DNA from: Octopus bimaculoides
Lineage: Eukaryota
Reading direction: 5' to 3'
Assembly: GCF_001194135.2 (NCBI RefSeq)
Contig: NC_068992.1
Span: forward strand, 60,804,582 to 60,868,581
Length of the DNA: 64,000 bases
Part shown: piece after piece, positions 53,011-64,000 of the stretch
Layout of the letters: the number at the start of each line of letters is the position of its first letter
Numbering within the stretch: the stretch's first letter is position 1
Made by a program: the position numbers and the translations under genes
The notes under the pieces: generated by a model
Databases searched by the model: none
Told to the model about the DNA's origin: nothing
Seen by the model: the letters and a program-made list of their open reading frames with translations, nothing else

Positions 53011-53538
53011 CGTGTGTGTGTTTTGTGATATACTATGGTAGTCTACCGTAGTATTTGTTTAAGAAGTATATTCAGTAATCACGAGATCCTGGATTTGATC
53101 CCACAATGCGGCTCGATAGGCAAGGATCTTTTATCATGACCTCAGTTTAACCAAATCTATGTGTGTGGAATCACGTGGATATATACTGTGTGTAAATCCA
53201 TTTGGGAGAATGCTCTTTCTAGTCAATGGGTCTAGTCTTATTACACAAAGTTTCACGCTGTCTTTGCCTGAGGATTAAAGTATATTAAAAATTAATTCTT
53301 GTGGATAAATCAGCTGGTTACATAGTAACAGAAGACAAGCTATACATTGTAATTCTAATGACAAGTTTTGCCACATGCACAGAGTCACGCTAAATTCTGT
53401 CTCTGGGTTACATTCATGGCACAAACTTATGTTTGTAGAAAACTCAGCCAAAACGAATTATAGATCTGATTTCGTGAAGCGGTGTCTATCAAACCCGGTA
53501 ACATACCATGCTGATTCTGCTTGAGTATTATGCTAAGA

Positions 53539-53926
53539 AGTGGAGGCGCAATGGCCCAGTGGTTATGGCAGCGGATTCGCGGTCATAGGATCGTGGTTTC
53601 GATTCCAAGACCAGGCGTTGTGAGTGCTTATTGTGCGAAAACACTTAAAGCTCCACAAGGCTCCGGCAGGGGATGGTGGCGAACCCTGCTGTACTCTTTC
53701 ACCACAACTTTCTCTCACTTTTACTTCTTGTTTTTGTTGTGCCTGTAATTCAAAGCGCCAGCCTTGTCACACTATGTCACGCTGAATATCCCCGAGAACT
53801 ACGTTAAGAGTACACGTGTCTGTGGAGTACTCAGCCACTTGCACGTTAATTTCACGAGAAGGCTGTTCCGTTGATCGGATCAACTGGAACCCTCGACGTC
53901 GTAAGCGACGGAGTGCCAACAACAAC
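53539..53926 (+). mobile_element. Full-length tRNA-derived SINE family C with (AAC)n tail and 12-bp TSD
   Basis: A-box TGGCCCAGTGG, B-box GGTTTCGATTCC, 3' hairpin CGTCG-TAAG-CGACG, TSD ATTATGCTAAGA at 53527-38 and 53927-38. Confidence 0.95.
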
Positions 53927-54660
53927 ATTATGCTAAGAGCACAACTGTCAATGAGTTAGACTGGATAATACAAAGAGTAAATATTTCGGTTAATCGAACT
54001 CTTGAAATAATCGATACGTTTACTTAAATTACTTTAATAGCGTGTTAATTTGATACCAAACCTAAACCTACAGCACTATAGCCAACCTAGAAACAAATAA
54101 ATTGGGGAAAAAAGAAACAAAACAAATCAACAATAATTATGTAATAAAATAGATAATACTCTGGTATTAATCATACTAAAACCGTTGAAAACTACATTCA
54201 CACAAATTATTTGTTGATCGAGTTACCGATATAATCACTACAAAGATAAAAATGATGGCCAAATCGCTGCCAATCACATCGTATTGTCTTGAAATTGAAT
54301 AAAGCAGTCTTAGATACACTGTATCTAAAAAGAAAAAAACAGATTGGTCACGATTGGACTCCTTTATATCACAGGTCAACTTAATCATGACTAACCTGGG
54401 ACTAAACAGTAAACATTGACTGCAGCAAATTTTCTGGCGACATTGGTGATCTATACAAGCGTGTGGCATCTATTTACAAATATTTTGATTGTGCAGTTGA
54501 GACTATCTTGGCAAAGCCGACGAAGAGAGTTTAAATTGGTGTCCTTGAAGTATTCTATTTATTTTATAATTAGTAGCTCGCGGATGCTCTCTTCTCAGGG
54601 TCCTTCTGTCTACTTCAGTATCCTAGCATCTGTGAGAATTCTACATTGTATGCTTTGGTG

Positions 54661-54661
<1 letters not shown>

Positions 54662-54750
<89 letters not shown>

Positions 54751-54801
54751 GACACATAGACGGACAGACAGATAGACAGATAGGTACATACACATATATG
54801 T

Positions 54802-54849
<48 letters not shown>

Positions 54850-54850
54850 C
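54662..54850. repeat. (GA)n then (GATA)n
   Basis: Directly visible. Confidence 0.95.
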
Positions 54851-55194
54851 AAGTGAAGAGTGTTTGTGAAATTTTGTTCTATTTTCCGTCATCAGGCTGT
54901 AAACTAGTTTGGCTTTTCAAGCCTGATAAATAGTTGTTTTGCTTTCTATGGTTGTTTAGTTTTCTTTTTTTTCTTTTTTTCTTTTTTGTGGGAGGCGGAG
55001 AGGATACCAATGCGCTTCAAGTGATATATTTGCCAAGTAAGTGATGATTTTAAGATAAATTCAATATAGTAAACTACGATTTTTAGAGCCTTAGCTGAGA
55101 AATGCAAACAGATGTAAATGCATCTAGTTTTGTTCTGTTTTTATTCTCTTTACGCACAGAAGAATAAAAGAAGAGAATAACTTTATGCTTATAC

Positions 55195-55456
55195 GTCTGT
55201 TGGACATCGGCCATGATGGAGGACCGCCCTGGAGGGTTTTATTCGAATGAATCGACCCCCCAGAGCTTATTAGTTTAAGCCTGATATTTATTTTATTGCT
55301 CACTCTTTACCGAACCACTAAGTTGCGGATTTAAACAAGCCTTTATAGGCTACTTTATAGCCCCGAGGGTATAGTAGAAGACTCTTACCCAAAGTGCTCC
55401 ATGCAGCAGGATTGAACCCAGAACCATATGGTTGGGAAGTAAACTTCTCACCACAC
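55195..55456 (-). mobile_element. Decayed SINE family B with internal deletion
   Basis: GGCCATGATGGAGGACCGCC, CCGAACCACTAAG, ATAGTAGAAGACTCTTACCCAAAG, GAACCCAGAACCAT. Confidence 0.8.
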
Positions 55457-55499
55457 GTCAAAGTTTAACTACATTATACTTATCGTAAATTATATAGTT

Positions 55500-55513
55500 T
55501 AGCAGGAGCAGCC

Positions 55514-55591
<78 letters not shown>

Positions 55592-55995
55592 TCGACGCTA
55601 TCGTACAACTACTGCTAATAGTACTGATGCTGTTCCTGCTATTGTTACGACCGCCACCTCCATCTCAACCACCACTACTACCTCTTCATCTAATTACGGT
55701 GGTGGTGGTGGTCATGGTCGTGGCGGCGGCGGTGGTGTGGCGGCCGCGGTCGTGGTTGTGATGGTGGCAGTGGTAGCGACAGTGGTGGTGGTAGTGGTGG
55801 TGGTGGTAGTGGTGATGGTGGTGGNNNNNNNNNNATGGTGGCAGTGGTAGCGACAGTGGTGGTGGTGGTGGTGGTGGTGGTAGTGGTGGTGGTAGTAGTG
55901 GTGATGGTGGTGGTGGTCGTCGTCGTCGTAGTCGTTGTGGTGACAGTGGCGGCGATGGTGATGGCTACGATGGTGGTGGCGGTGGTGATGGCGTT
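55500..55995. repeat. (CAG)n/(AGT)n and degenerate (GGT)n tracts
   Basis: Directly visible. Confidence 0.9.
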
Positions 55996-57202
55996 ATAAC
56001 TTAGTCTAATCAATAATGAGCAAATGGTTATTCCCCATTAATTATAAACTCAATAGTTATCTCCCTTACATTTTACAATTTAATTTAACAAAAACCAACT
56101 AAAATTAAATTTTTTACTGGGTGCGGTAAAAAAAAAACCATTCTACGCCTTACAAATTGACAAACGTTACAAGGCAAACGTATGGTGTATGTCGATTTCC
56201 ACTACGATTGTAAATGGAATTTTTAAAAACTGGCAAAAGATTTGCTGCATGAAGACAGCATTACCATTTGCCTAACTTTGCTAGTGCCATACCAATAGAC
56301 GTGTAAAAATATGCGAGGAATTTTTTGCAGCACGTACTTTACATGACTGCAGATTCGATAAGCTAATTAGAAGTAGTGGAGTCACGTAGTGGAGTAGCAG
56401 GAGAGTCATGTAGTGGAGCTGTAGTAGAGTCATGCCTCATCAAAATAAATCTTTGTTTATTGCGAGTAAGCGGGAATGGAATAGCTTATAACGACAGTCG
56501 TGAGAAAGACAAACCATGAGATGTTGAACTTACTTTAATTCACGTTAGATTACGCTGGTCTATTGATGATGTAGGTCAATCTTTTAATCAATCATAAAGT
56601 TTGTATAGAGAATTTTTAATTTAGTTTTAAAGATATAGCTTTATTCTCCATGCCAACAGCAGACATTCCTAATAATGAATTATTTTCATCACACACACAT
56701 ACACACGCACACATACATATATATATGTATATGTATATATANNNNNNNNNNNNNNNNNNNNNNNNNNNNNNNNNNNNNNNNNNNNNNNNNNNNNNNNNNN
56801 NNNNNNNNNNNNNNNNNNNNNNNNNNNNNNNNNNNNNNNNNNNNNNNNNNNNNNNNNNNNNNNNNNNNNNNNNNNNNNNNNNNNNNNNNNNNNNNNNNNN
56901 NNNNNNNNNNNNNNNNNNNNNNNNNNNNNNNNNNNNNNNNNNNNNNNNNNNNNNNNNNNNNNNNNNNNNNNNNNNNNNNNNNNNNNNNNNNNNNNNNNNN
57001 NNNNNNNNNNNNNNNNNNNNNNNNNNNNNNNNNNNNNNNNNNNNNNNNNNNNNNNNNNNNNNNNNNNNNNNNNNNNNNNNNNNNNNNNNNNNNNNNNNNN
57101 NNNNNNNNNNNNNNNNNNNNNNNNNNNNNNNNNNNNNNNNNNNNNNNNNNNNNNNNNNNNNNNNNNNNNNNNNNNNNNNNNNNNNNNNNNNNNNNNNNNN
57201 NN

Positions 57203-57257
<55 letters not shown>

Positions 57258-57738
57258 ATGTGTGCGTGTATATATGTATGTATAATTTCTTTACATCCAT
57301 AAAAGAAACGAGTTGCTTCATTGTTCTTTTGAAAGTATACAGTAATTAAAATGGAATGTTGCTTTGATATATTCTGATTGTAATTAATTCAATAGCTGAT
57401 TAATTCTATTTATATAACTAATTACTTTAAGTACGTAGAAAAGTTTCATTGTACATTATCGATAAACTAGTGTTTTAAAATCTTGTGTAATACAATTAAG
57501 AAAAAAGTAATGAGAAGTAGTGGTCTTCATAAAAAAAAACCCCTGGGTGTTAACATTGTAAACGTAAAGGAAATGCGGGCAGAAGCTTCAGGCGATCGCC
57601 AGATCAGGCTAGAAATAACAGCCAAATCATTTTCATTTTACGCCCTGCCATCCTACAAAATTAGCGGGGGAGGGGAAACGTAGACCTTAGATAATGTACA
57701 CATAACACATTAGTTCTTGTTGATCTTTGATGATTGTT

Positions 57739-57838
57739 CATGATCGTAAGTGTACAATGGATGATCGGTAGTGTACATTTGATGGTCGTAAGTGTACACT
57801 GGATGGTCGTAAGTGTATATTGGATGGCCGTAAGTATC
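57739..57838. repeat. Minisatellite, 21-bp unit GATGGTCGTAAGTGTACA(T/C)TG, about 5 copies
   Basis: Units at 57739, 57760, 57781, 57802, 57823; contiguous, no spacers. Confidence 0.9.
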
Positions 57839-58604
57839 CATCTTTATACTACGCATATGCAACCTTTTTTTTTGAGAAGCGGACCGCATGAGACGTGGTT
57901 CATCATCAAGTGGACAACACTATTAAGAAAATTCAAGGTAATTTTTCGTTGGTACGCCATTCAGAAAAATCTGCAGTACGCAGTTTGTCCCAGACTGCTT
58001 TACTATAACAGTGAATCCTGTTATACTTTGGACCTCCCATATATTCGTCCGCGTAATTTTCCTTGACCAATGAGAATCGGTGTAATTAGTGGGTTGTGGA
58101 CATAGCTTTACTTACTATTTATTATCTGAGAGATCGTGCGTTGAACTTACGTGTGTCAAACTCCGATTAACGAAGTGAATAACTAAATAATTCCCAATAT
58201 GCGTACACACATACACACACAAACACACACAGACATTTATACATACATACATAATCAAGTCAGATCTAATTATTATCTGCTCTCGGTTGTCATGTAACTT
58301 GGTACTGTCTATTTCATAGACAGCAAGCGAATCAGCAGTACCATTCGAGGGTTCTATCCCGGTGTGTCGAGAATGCTTGTCTACTGTTTATCAGAGCGGT
58401 GTACCCAGCGGGGAATCAACGACATCCATCATCGGACTTGCAAATGGAGTGGAAGGCTTTTCTATGAAATATTGCTGCTTCTCTTAACAACTTCTGGAGT
58501 TGGTTATCACTCTCAGTCGTATGAGGTGTATTCCAGGCTTGAGACAGTTTTAGAAGAGGCAGATATAGCTGTTCTAAATTATCGTAATTTTAATATATCA
58601 TTAC

Positions 58605-59824
58605 TATACATCTAATAAGATTACCTTCCGACTTTTTTTTATTCCAGACTGAAGGAGGCGGTTGTAGAAGCACTTTGAACAAATCCTACTAAACATTGCT
58701 TATCACAGCTGACTAGTTTGCGAAATGCAGTCGGGACATGAAGACAATTCGGAAGCTCGCTTTGCAATAAAGTTTTGTCTTAAACTCTGGAAAAAACGCT
58801 ACGGAAACTTATAAACCCTCCACATTGCTTATGGCTTCAGTTGCCTGAACCGAGCATTTATTTTTCGTCGGCACAAGAAGTTCAAAGATGGTAAAAAGAA
58901 GGTGAGAAACGAGAGAGGTGCTGGAGAGAAAAGGGCGTCAGAACCTTCAGAGCTAATTGAGAAAATTCGCAATTTTCTGCGTAAAGACCGTCGTTCGTTT
59001 ATGAAAACAATAACCACACACTTCGGAGTTGATGTGGCAACTGTGTACAAAATTATTCATGAAGACCTGAACATGCGCAAAATTTGTGTAAAGTTTGTTC
59101 CCAGAGTGGCTCAACGAAGAACGGAAGGAAAGACGCGTTAGAGATGGTTGAGTTCATTTCCTCTCGTCCAAGAGTACATGAGCCTCTGATGACTTGAGAC
59201 AAAATCTGGATCAACAGTTATAATCCAGAGACCAAGAGACAGAGTGCTCAATAGAAGTATCCTGGTTCCGCCAGACTCAAGAAGGCTAAGTAAAGTAAGC
59301 CCATGATGATCTCCTTTTCGACAGCAAGGGCATCATTTATATCCACTAGATTCCTTCGACAATAAGTACTTTGTGGGGTGATTTGAGGGAGTTCAGGAAG
59401 ATATTTCGTCGCAAAAGCTACAGCTTTTCCACTCGGGTTGGTGGCACCTGCACCAAGACAATGCACCAGTCCACAATTCCATCCTGGTAATCAACAACTT
59501 GATTGAGATGGATATCAAAACTGTCGCTCACCCTCCCTACAGACAGAGCTTGCTTCTTGTGACTTTTGGTTGTTCTCAAAGCTGAAGAAACTCGGGCATA
59601 TTCGTTTTGAAAACATCGAAAAGATGAAGGAGGTTTGATAAGGGTCCTAGACACCTTGAATTTGAAGGACTTCCATGGGGCCTTCGCGAAATAGCAGGAA
59701 CGCTACAATACGTGAACTGAAGTCAAAGGTTCCTACTTTGAAGGATATTATAGTTTTGTACTTCTTTGAAATTAATAAATGTATCTCCTAAAAAAGCCTC
59801 AAAACTTCTGAAATGCACCTTGTA
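58605..59824 (+). mobile_element. Near full-length dead mariner transposon
   Basis: RFAIKFCLK.., KIIHEDLNMRKICVKFVPRV, YNPETKRQS, WHLHQDNAPVH, HPPY..CDFW; right end AAACTTCTGAAATGCACCTTG-TA; many frameshifts and stops; left TIR decayed so the start is approximate. Confidence 0.9.
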
Positions 59825-60299
59825 CTGGCCTTACCTTTGTTCTTAACCATGAATACCATATCGCAAGAAACCACTTAGTAACTGTGAGGAGAGGACAACT
59901 CAAGACAGTTTATATCACTACAGGTTTTACTTTTTCTAGAACTTGGTATTTTTAATATTTTCTTTCTTTCTGTCTAATGTTTTGAATTTCTCGAAATATT
60001 ATTCGTCCTTGAACTTGAACTGTCTGTGCATGTAATTGTAATTTGTTTTTGAACGTTATAAATTTAAATACACCTCAGTCCTTCTACAACTAATACTTTC
60101 AAAATGCATCGGGTGTCCTTTTTCAAGCGATAATCTGCTAGAGTACACAATAAACAGGGTTTTATTACTACATCGTGGCTTCTTCTGCCGTACGACCGAT
60201 GTGAGTTCTGCAATTTCTTGCAGAAACAATTCGCACAGATGTTTTGTATAAAGTAATCAAACGCTTCTGCTGCACATGGGCTCACAACCTCCATTAAAT

Positions 60300-60475
60300 T
60301 GACATTGCCTGTGCACGTTCATGGTGTCTCACACGTCAAATGTCGAAGTGATTCTAGAGTAACGTGAGATAAAATGTTTTGCTCCAGAACACAACGCACT
60401 GCTCGGTACGGGGATCGAAACCACGATCCCGCAGACGTGAGTGCAATACATTCACGACTGGTCTACGCAACCTCA
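60300..60475 (-). mobile_element. Decayed SINE family D
   Basis: Homologous to 14780-14945; GGGATCGAAACCACGATC B-box complement. Confidence 0.72.
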
Positions 60476-61109
60476 AGATACCAATGTAGATTAATATAAT
60501 AAGTAGACTAACAGAATAAAAACACTTCGATGATATAAATGTGTTTCTGCAATCTTGCTGTCTTAAATAAGAGAAAATCCGAATACAACCGGATTATATA
60601 TATACACTCACGATAATGAGTCTGCATAAATATTAAAAATTTTAATTCCACGAAGTTTCACTATCATTTTCATCTACGTAACTTTACTGACGCGACTTTA
60701 TATATATATAATCTAGATGAAGTCAGATTTTCTTTTCGTCCTGCGCATCTGTAAAGACTATACATTAGCACAAAATAATGTTTCTCACTATGATACATAT
60801 TCAATATATGTTTCGAAGTGTTTTTTCTTGTATCAAGTTATCATAGTTATATTAAGTTACGTAATAGTAATCTTAAATTATTGTCTACTCTCTCAGATTG
60901 CTTGCTTGAGTATGAATTTCAGAATATATTTTGAGAAATGTTTCCATCAATCACTCTAAATGTAATTATTTATTGTACTTTTTCATTTATTGACGCGCTC
61001 TATTGCATCAAATCTACACAATTTGAGAACTTTCAAGTCTAGGACGTTCCACCGACTTCTAATACTACGACGATATACATACATACATACATACATACAT
61101 ACATCTATT

Positions 61110-61336
61110 CTTTTATTCTTTTATTTGTTTCAGTCATTTGACTGCGGCCATGCTGGAGCACCGCCTTTAGTCGAGCAAATCAACCCCAGCATTTATTCTT
61201 TGTAAATCTAGTACTTATTCTATCGGTTTCTCTTGCCGAACTGCTAGGTGACGGGGACGTAAACACACCGGCATCGGTTGTCAAGCGATGTTGGGGGGAC
61301 AAACACAGACACACAAACATATACATACATATATAN
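61110..61336 (-). mobile_element. 3' half of a young SINE family B, broken by a gap at its internal microsatellite
   Basis: Near-identical to 18795-19000. Confidence 0.9.
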
Positions 61337-64000
61337 NNNNNNNNNNNNNNNNNNNNNNNNNNNNNNNNNNNNNNNNNNNNNNNNNNNNNNNNNNNNNNNN
61401 NNNNNNNNNNNNNNNNNNNNNNNNNNNNNNNNNNNNNNNNNNNNNNNNNNNNNNNNNNNNNNNNNNNNNNNNNNNNNNNNNNNNNNNNNNNNNNNNNNNN
61501 NNNNNNNNNNNNNNNNNNNNNNNNNNNNNNNNNNNNNNNNNNNNNNNNNNNNNNNNNNNNNNNNNNNNNNNNNNNNNNNNNNNNNNNNNNNNNNNNNNNN
61601 NNNNNNNNNNNNNNNNNNNNNNNNNNNNNNNNNNNNNNNNNNNNNNNNNNNNNNNNNNNNNNNNNNNNNNNNNNNNNNNNNNNNNNNNNNNNNNNNNNNN
61701 NNNNNNNNNNNNNNNNNNNNNNNNNNNNNNNNNNNNNNNNNNNNNNNNNNNNNNNNNNNNNNNNNNNNNNNNNNNNNNNNNNNNNNNNNNNNNNNNNNNN
61801 NNNNNNCACACACACACACACACACGCTCATATATATGTATATATATTCTTGTTTGCTTGTTTGTTTCTTTTTTTAATCGTTTCAGTCATTGGACTTGGA
61901 CCATAATGGTGCACCTCTTTCAAAGATTTAGTCTATCCAGTGGTTAATTCTATGCTAAATCGCTACATTACGCGACAGCATAAACAATTTGGTCTTCTAG
62001 ATATAAACGGAAATGTAGAGACAGGCTCTCAAATTATACATATACATGTGTATGTAACATACATACATACAAACATATAAATATGCGCGCGCGCGTGTGT
62101 GTGTGTGTGTGTGCGCGCGTGCGTATATATGCACACGGTGGCTTTCTGCATTGTTTTCGTCTGTCAAATTCTAATCACAAAGTATATTATATGCAAATTT
62201 TAGCTTTCGACACTACACCTTAGTATATTTTTATTTATATCTATTCTTAATTCCCTTCGAGTTATTTTCTTTCGTTCTCAAACTAATCTATCTCGTTCTG
62301 GAGAAAACGTTGCTTTGGTTTTACTATTTACAAACACTTATACGATATATATTCCTTAAGATATATTTATTGCATTATATGAAATAATATTATATCATAG
62401 AAAACAGACATAATTTTAGAATGTAACCAATATATGATATATACCAAGAAAGTATAGATACCGAATAATTTTTTCACAAAATGGTTGCTTTACTTGAAGT
62501 TTTCTATACATGAGATAATTCAAGAACTTAAATAGCATCAATACTGAATTCTCACTGCAAGCTTGTATATAGTGATTCACTTCGAATCCATAAGAAAACA
62601 AAATATGTATGTATTTGGAAATTATTTATGAAAACTGACTCATCAATGCTCTAAAAATTTCCTGTGTGCTTACAAAGTGGAATGCCAGAGTTTGCCACCG
62701 TTAAAATAAGACGATGAATAAGTTTATGCTATTTTTGTTTGTGTTCAGAATATTTTCTCCATCTGGACTTAGTATTTCAGAAACCTCGTTTAAAAAATAG
62801 ACTTCGTTATGTAAGTAGATTATATCAGGTAAGATCGCTCTTGAACACTAATCTGAAGATGTATATATAAATTATTAAAAACAAAAAATTCCCGTCTACG
62901 GAAATATATTTCCTGTAATCTGGCTAACAAAAAAGTTCTAAGTCAGTCAGTGTTAGGAAACCTACAGCCGTGACACTACATATGGATTTTGCGGCCCTGC
63001 TGTATCTCGATCTGAGTAAAGCCAAGATTTTTGCATAAATAACTTATATTCATTGATTATATAGTATAATGCTTCTGCAAAAGTTCTTTCATTTCTAAGT
63101 CACTAAAAATATCAACTTTCATTTTTATTTCTTACCTCAACATTTACAATTGCGTTTCCATAATGCATGTAATTACATTTTCCCGTATACGTAATAATAT
63201 AAATTCCTTTGATGCTGTTTATTAGTTTACATTTAATGCATTACGCCCTTCAATCGTAAAAAGATTTCTTCCTTTGCTCATAAGCGGTTGTCGTTCGACT
63301 TTTTTATAATCATTCCTAAATTTCCAATAGTCTTACACAAGAAATACACATTGGTTAATGTAGTTCAAGATATTCAAGACAAAAATAGCACAAAGCTAAA
63401 TAATGCCGTCATTTTTCCCCAGTCTCTCACTTTTCTATATTTGCCAACCTTTATGTAATGCTATTGTGTTTTTCTTTTTCATTTAAATCCTTTCACACAA
63501 GCGTACATACACTCTCTCTCTCACACACACGCACACACACACACACCCACACACATGTACATGCACACATGCACAAACACACACACATGTATATACATAC
63601 ATACACACATCATTACATACATGTTAAATCGGGTCGTGCGCCATCATACTCAGGCTGAGCGTTTTTATGCTCAATATGATTTTGATCGAATTCTGTTCTT
63701 CTTTCATGCTTTGATTTCCTCTTTGATGAACAATCCTGTGCGAGGCTTAGCCATCTATTTTCCAAATTCTTGACGCAGTCCTTATACCTTAATTTCGGTT
63801 TGTGTGTTGCCCTTTTATCCTAGGCTAACTCACCGCACAGAAATTGCCCACATAAAAACATATATACAGAGAGTGAGAGTAACAGACAAAGAGAAAATCA
63901 ACAAAATGAGATAATCCCACAATAAAAAATATTAGCCTGACGCTTGCAGAAGTGAGATGAGTTAATTACATTGTGTATATATATATATATATATATATAT

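Noticed and set aside
53539-53620. tRNA gene
   Set aside because: A and B boxes continue into a SINE body with tail and TSD; no complete cloverleaf
57739-57838. 21-bp repeats as a CRISPR-like array
   Set aside because: Units are contiguous with no spacers; eukaryotic context; no cas genes

Overview
AT-rich eukaryotic genomic scaffold, not prokaryotic. It is packed with microsatellites, and about 19 N-gaps nearly all sit at collapsed simple repeats. The SINE families resemble, from my recollection and not a database search, Octopus-type tRNA-derived SINEs, so a coleoid cephalopod draft assembly is the most likely source. No complete host gene is recognisable; the window looks like a large intron or intergenic region. 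It contains three or more tRNA-SINE families, a 5'-truncated decayed CR1/L2-group LINE (43815-45335), an RTE/BovB-like LINE remnant (16770-17275), one near full-length dead mariner (58605-59824) and a mariner 3' half fused to a SINE (24073-24632). The best unexplained signal is a set of four sequence-unrelated minimal type-I hammerhead-ribozyme-like motifs (14075, 7093, 18671, and 22371 on the minus strand), typical of Penelope-like-element termini; two sit right next to microsatellites. Other notable items: a LINE/SINE pair sharing a 3' tail, an inverted SINE pair, a head-to-tail SINE array, foldback/hairpin elements, and a few weak exon candidates. Most ORFs in the supplied track are microsatellite or N-gap artefacts.
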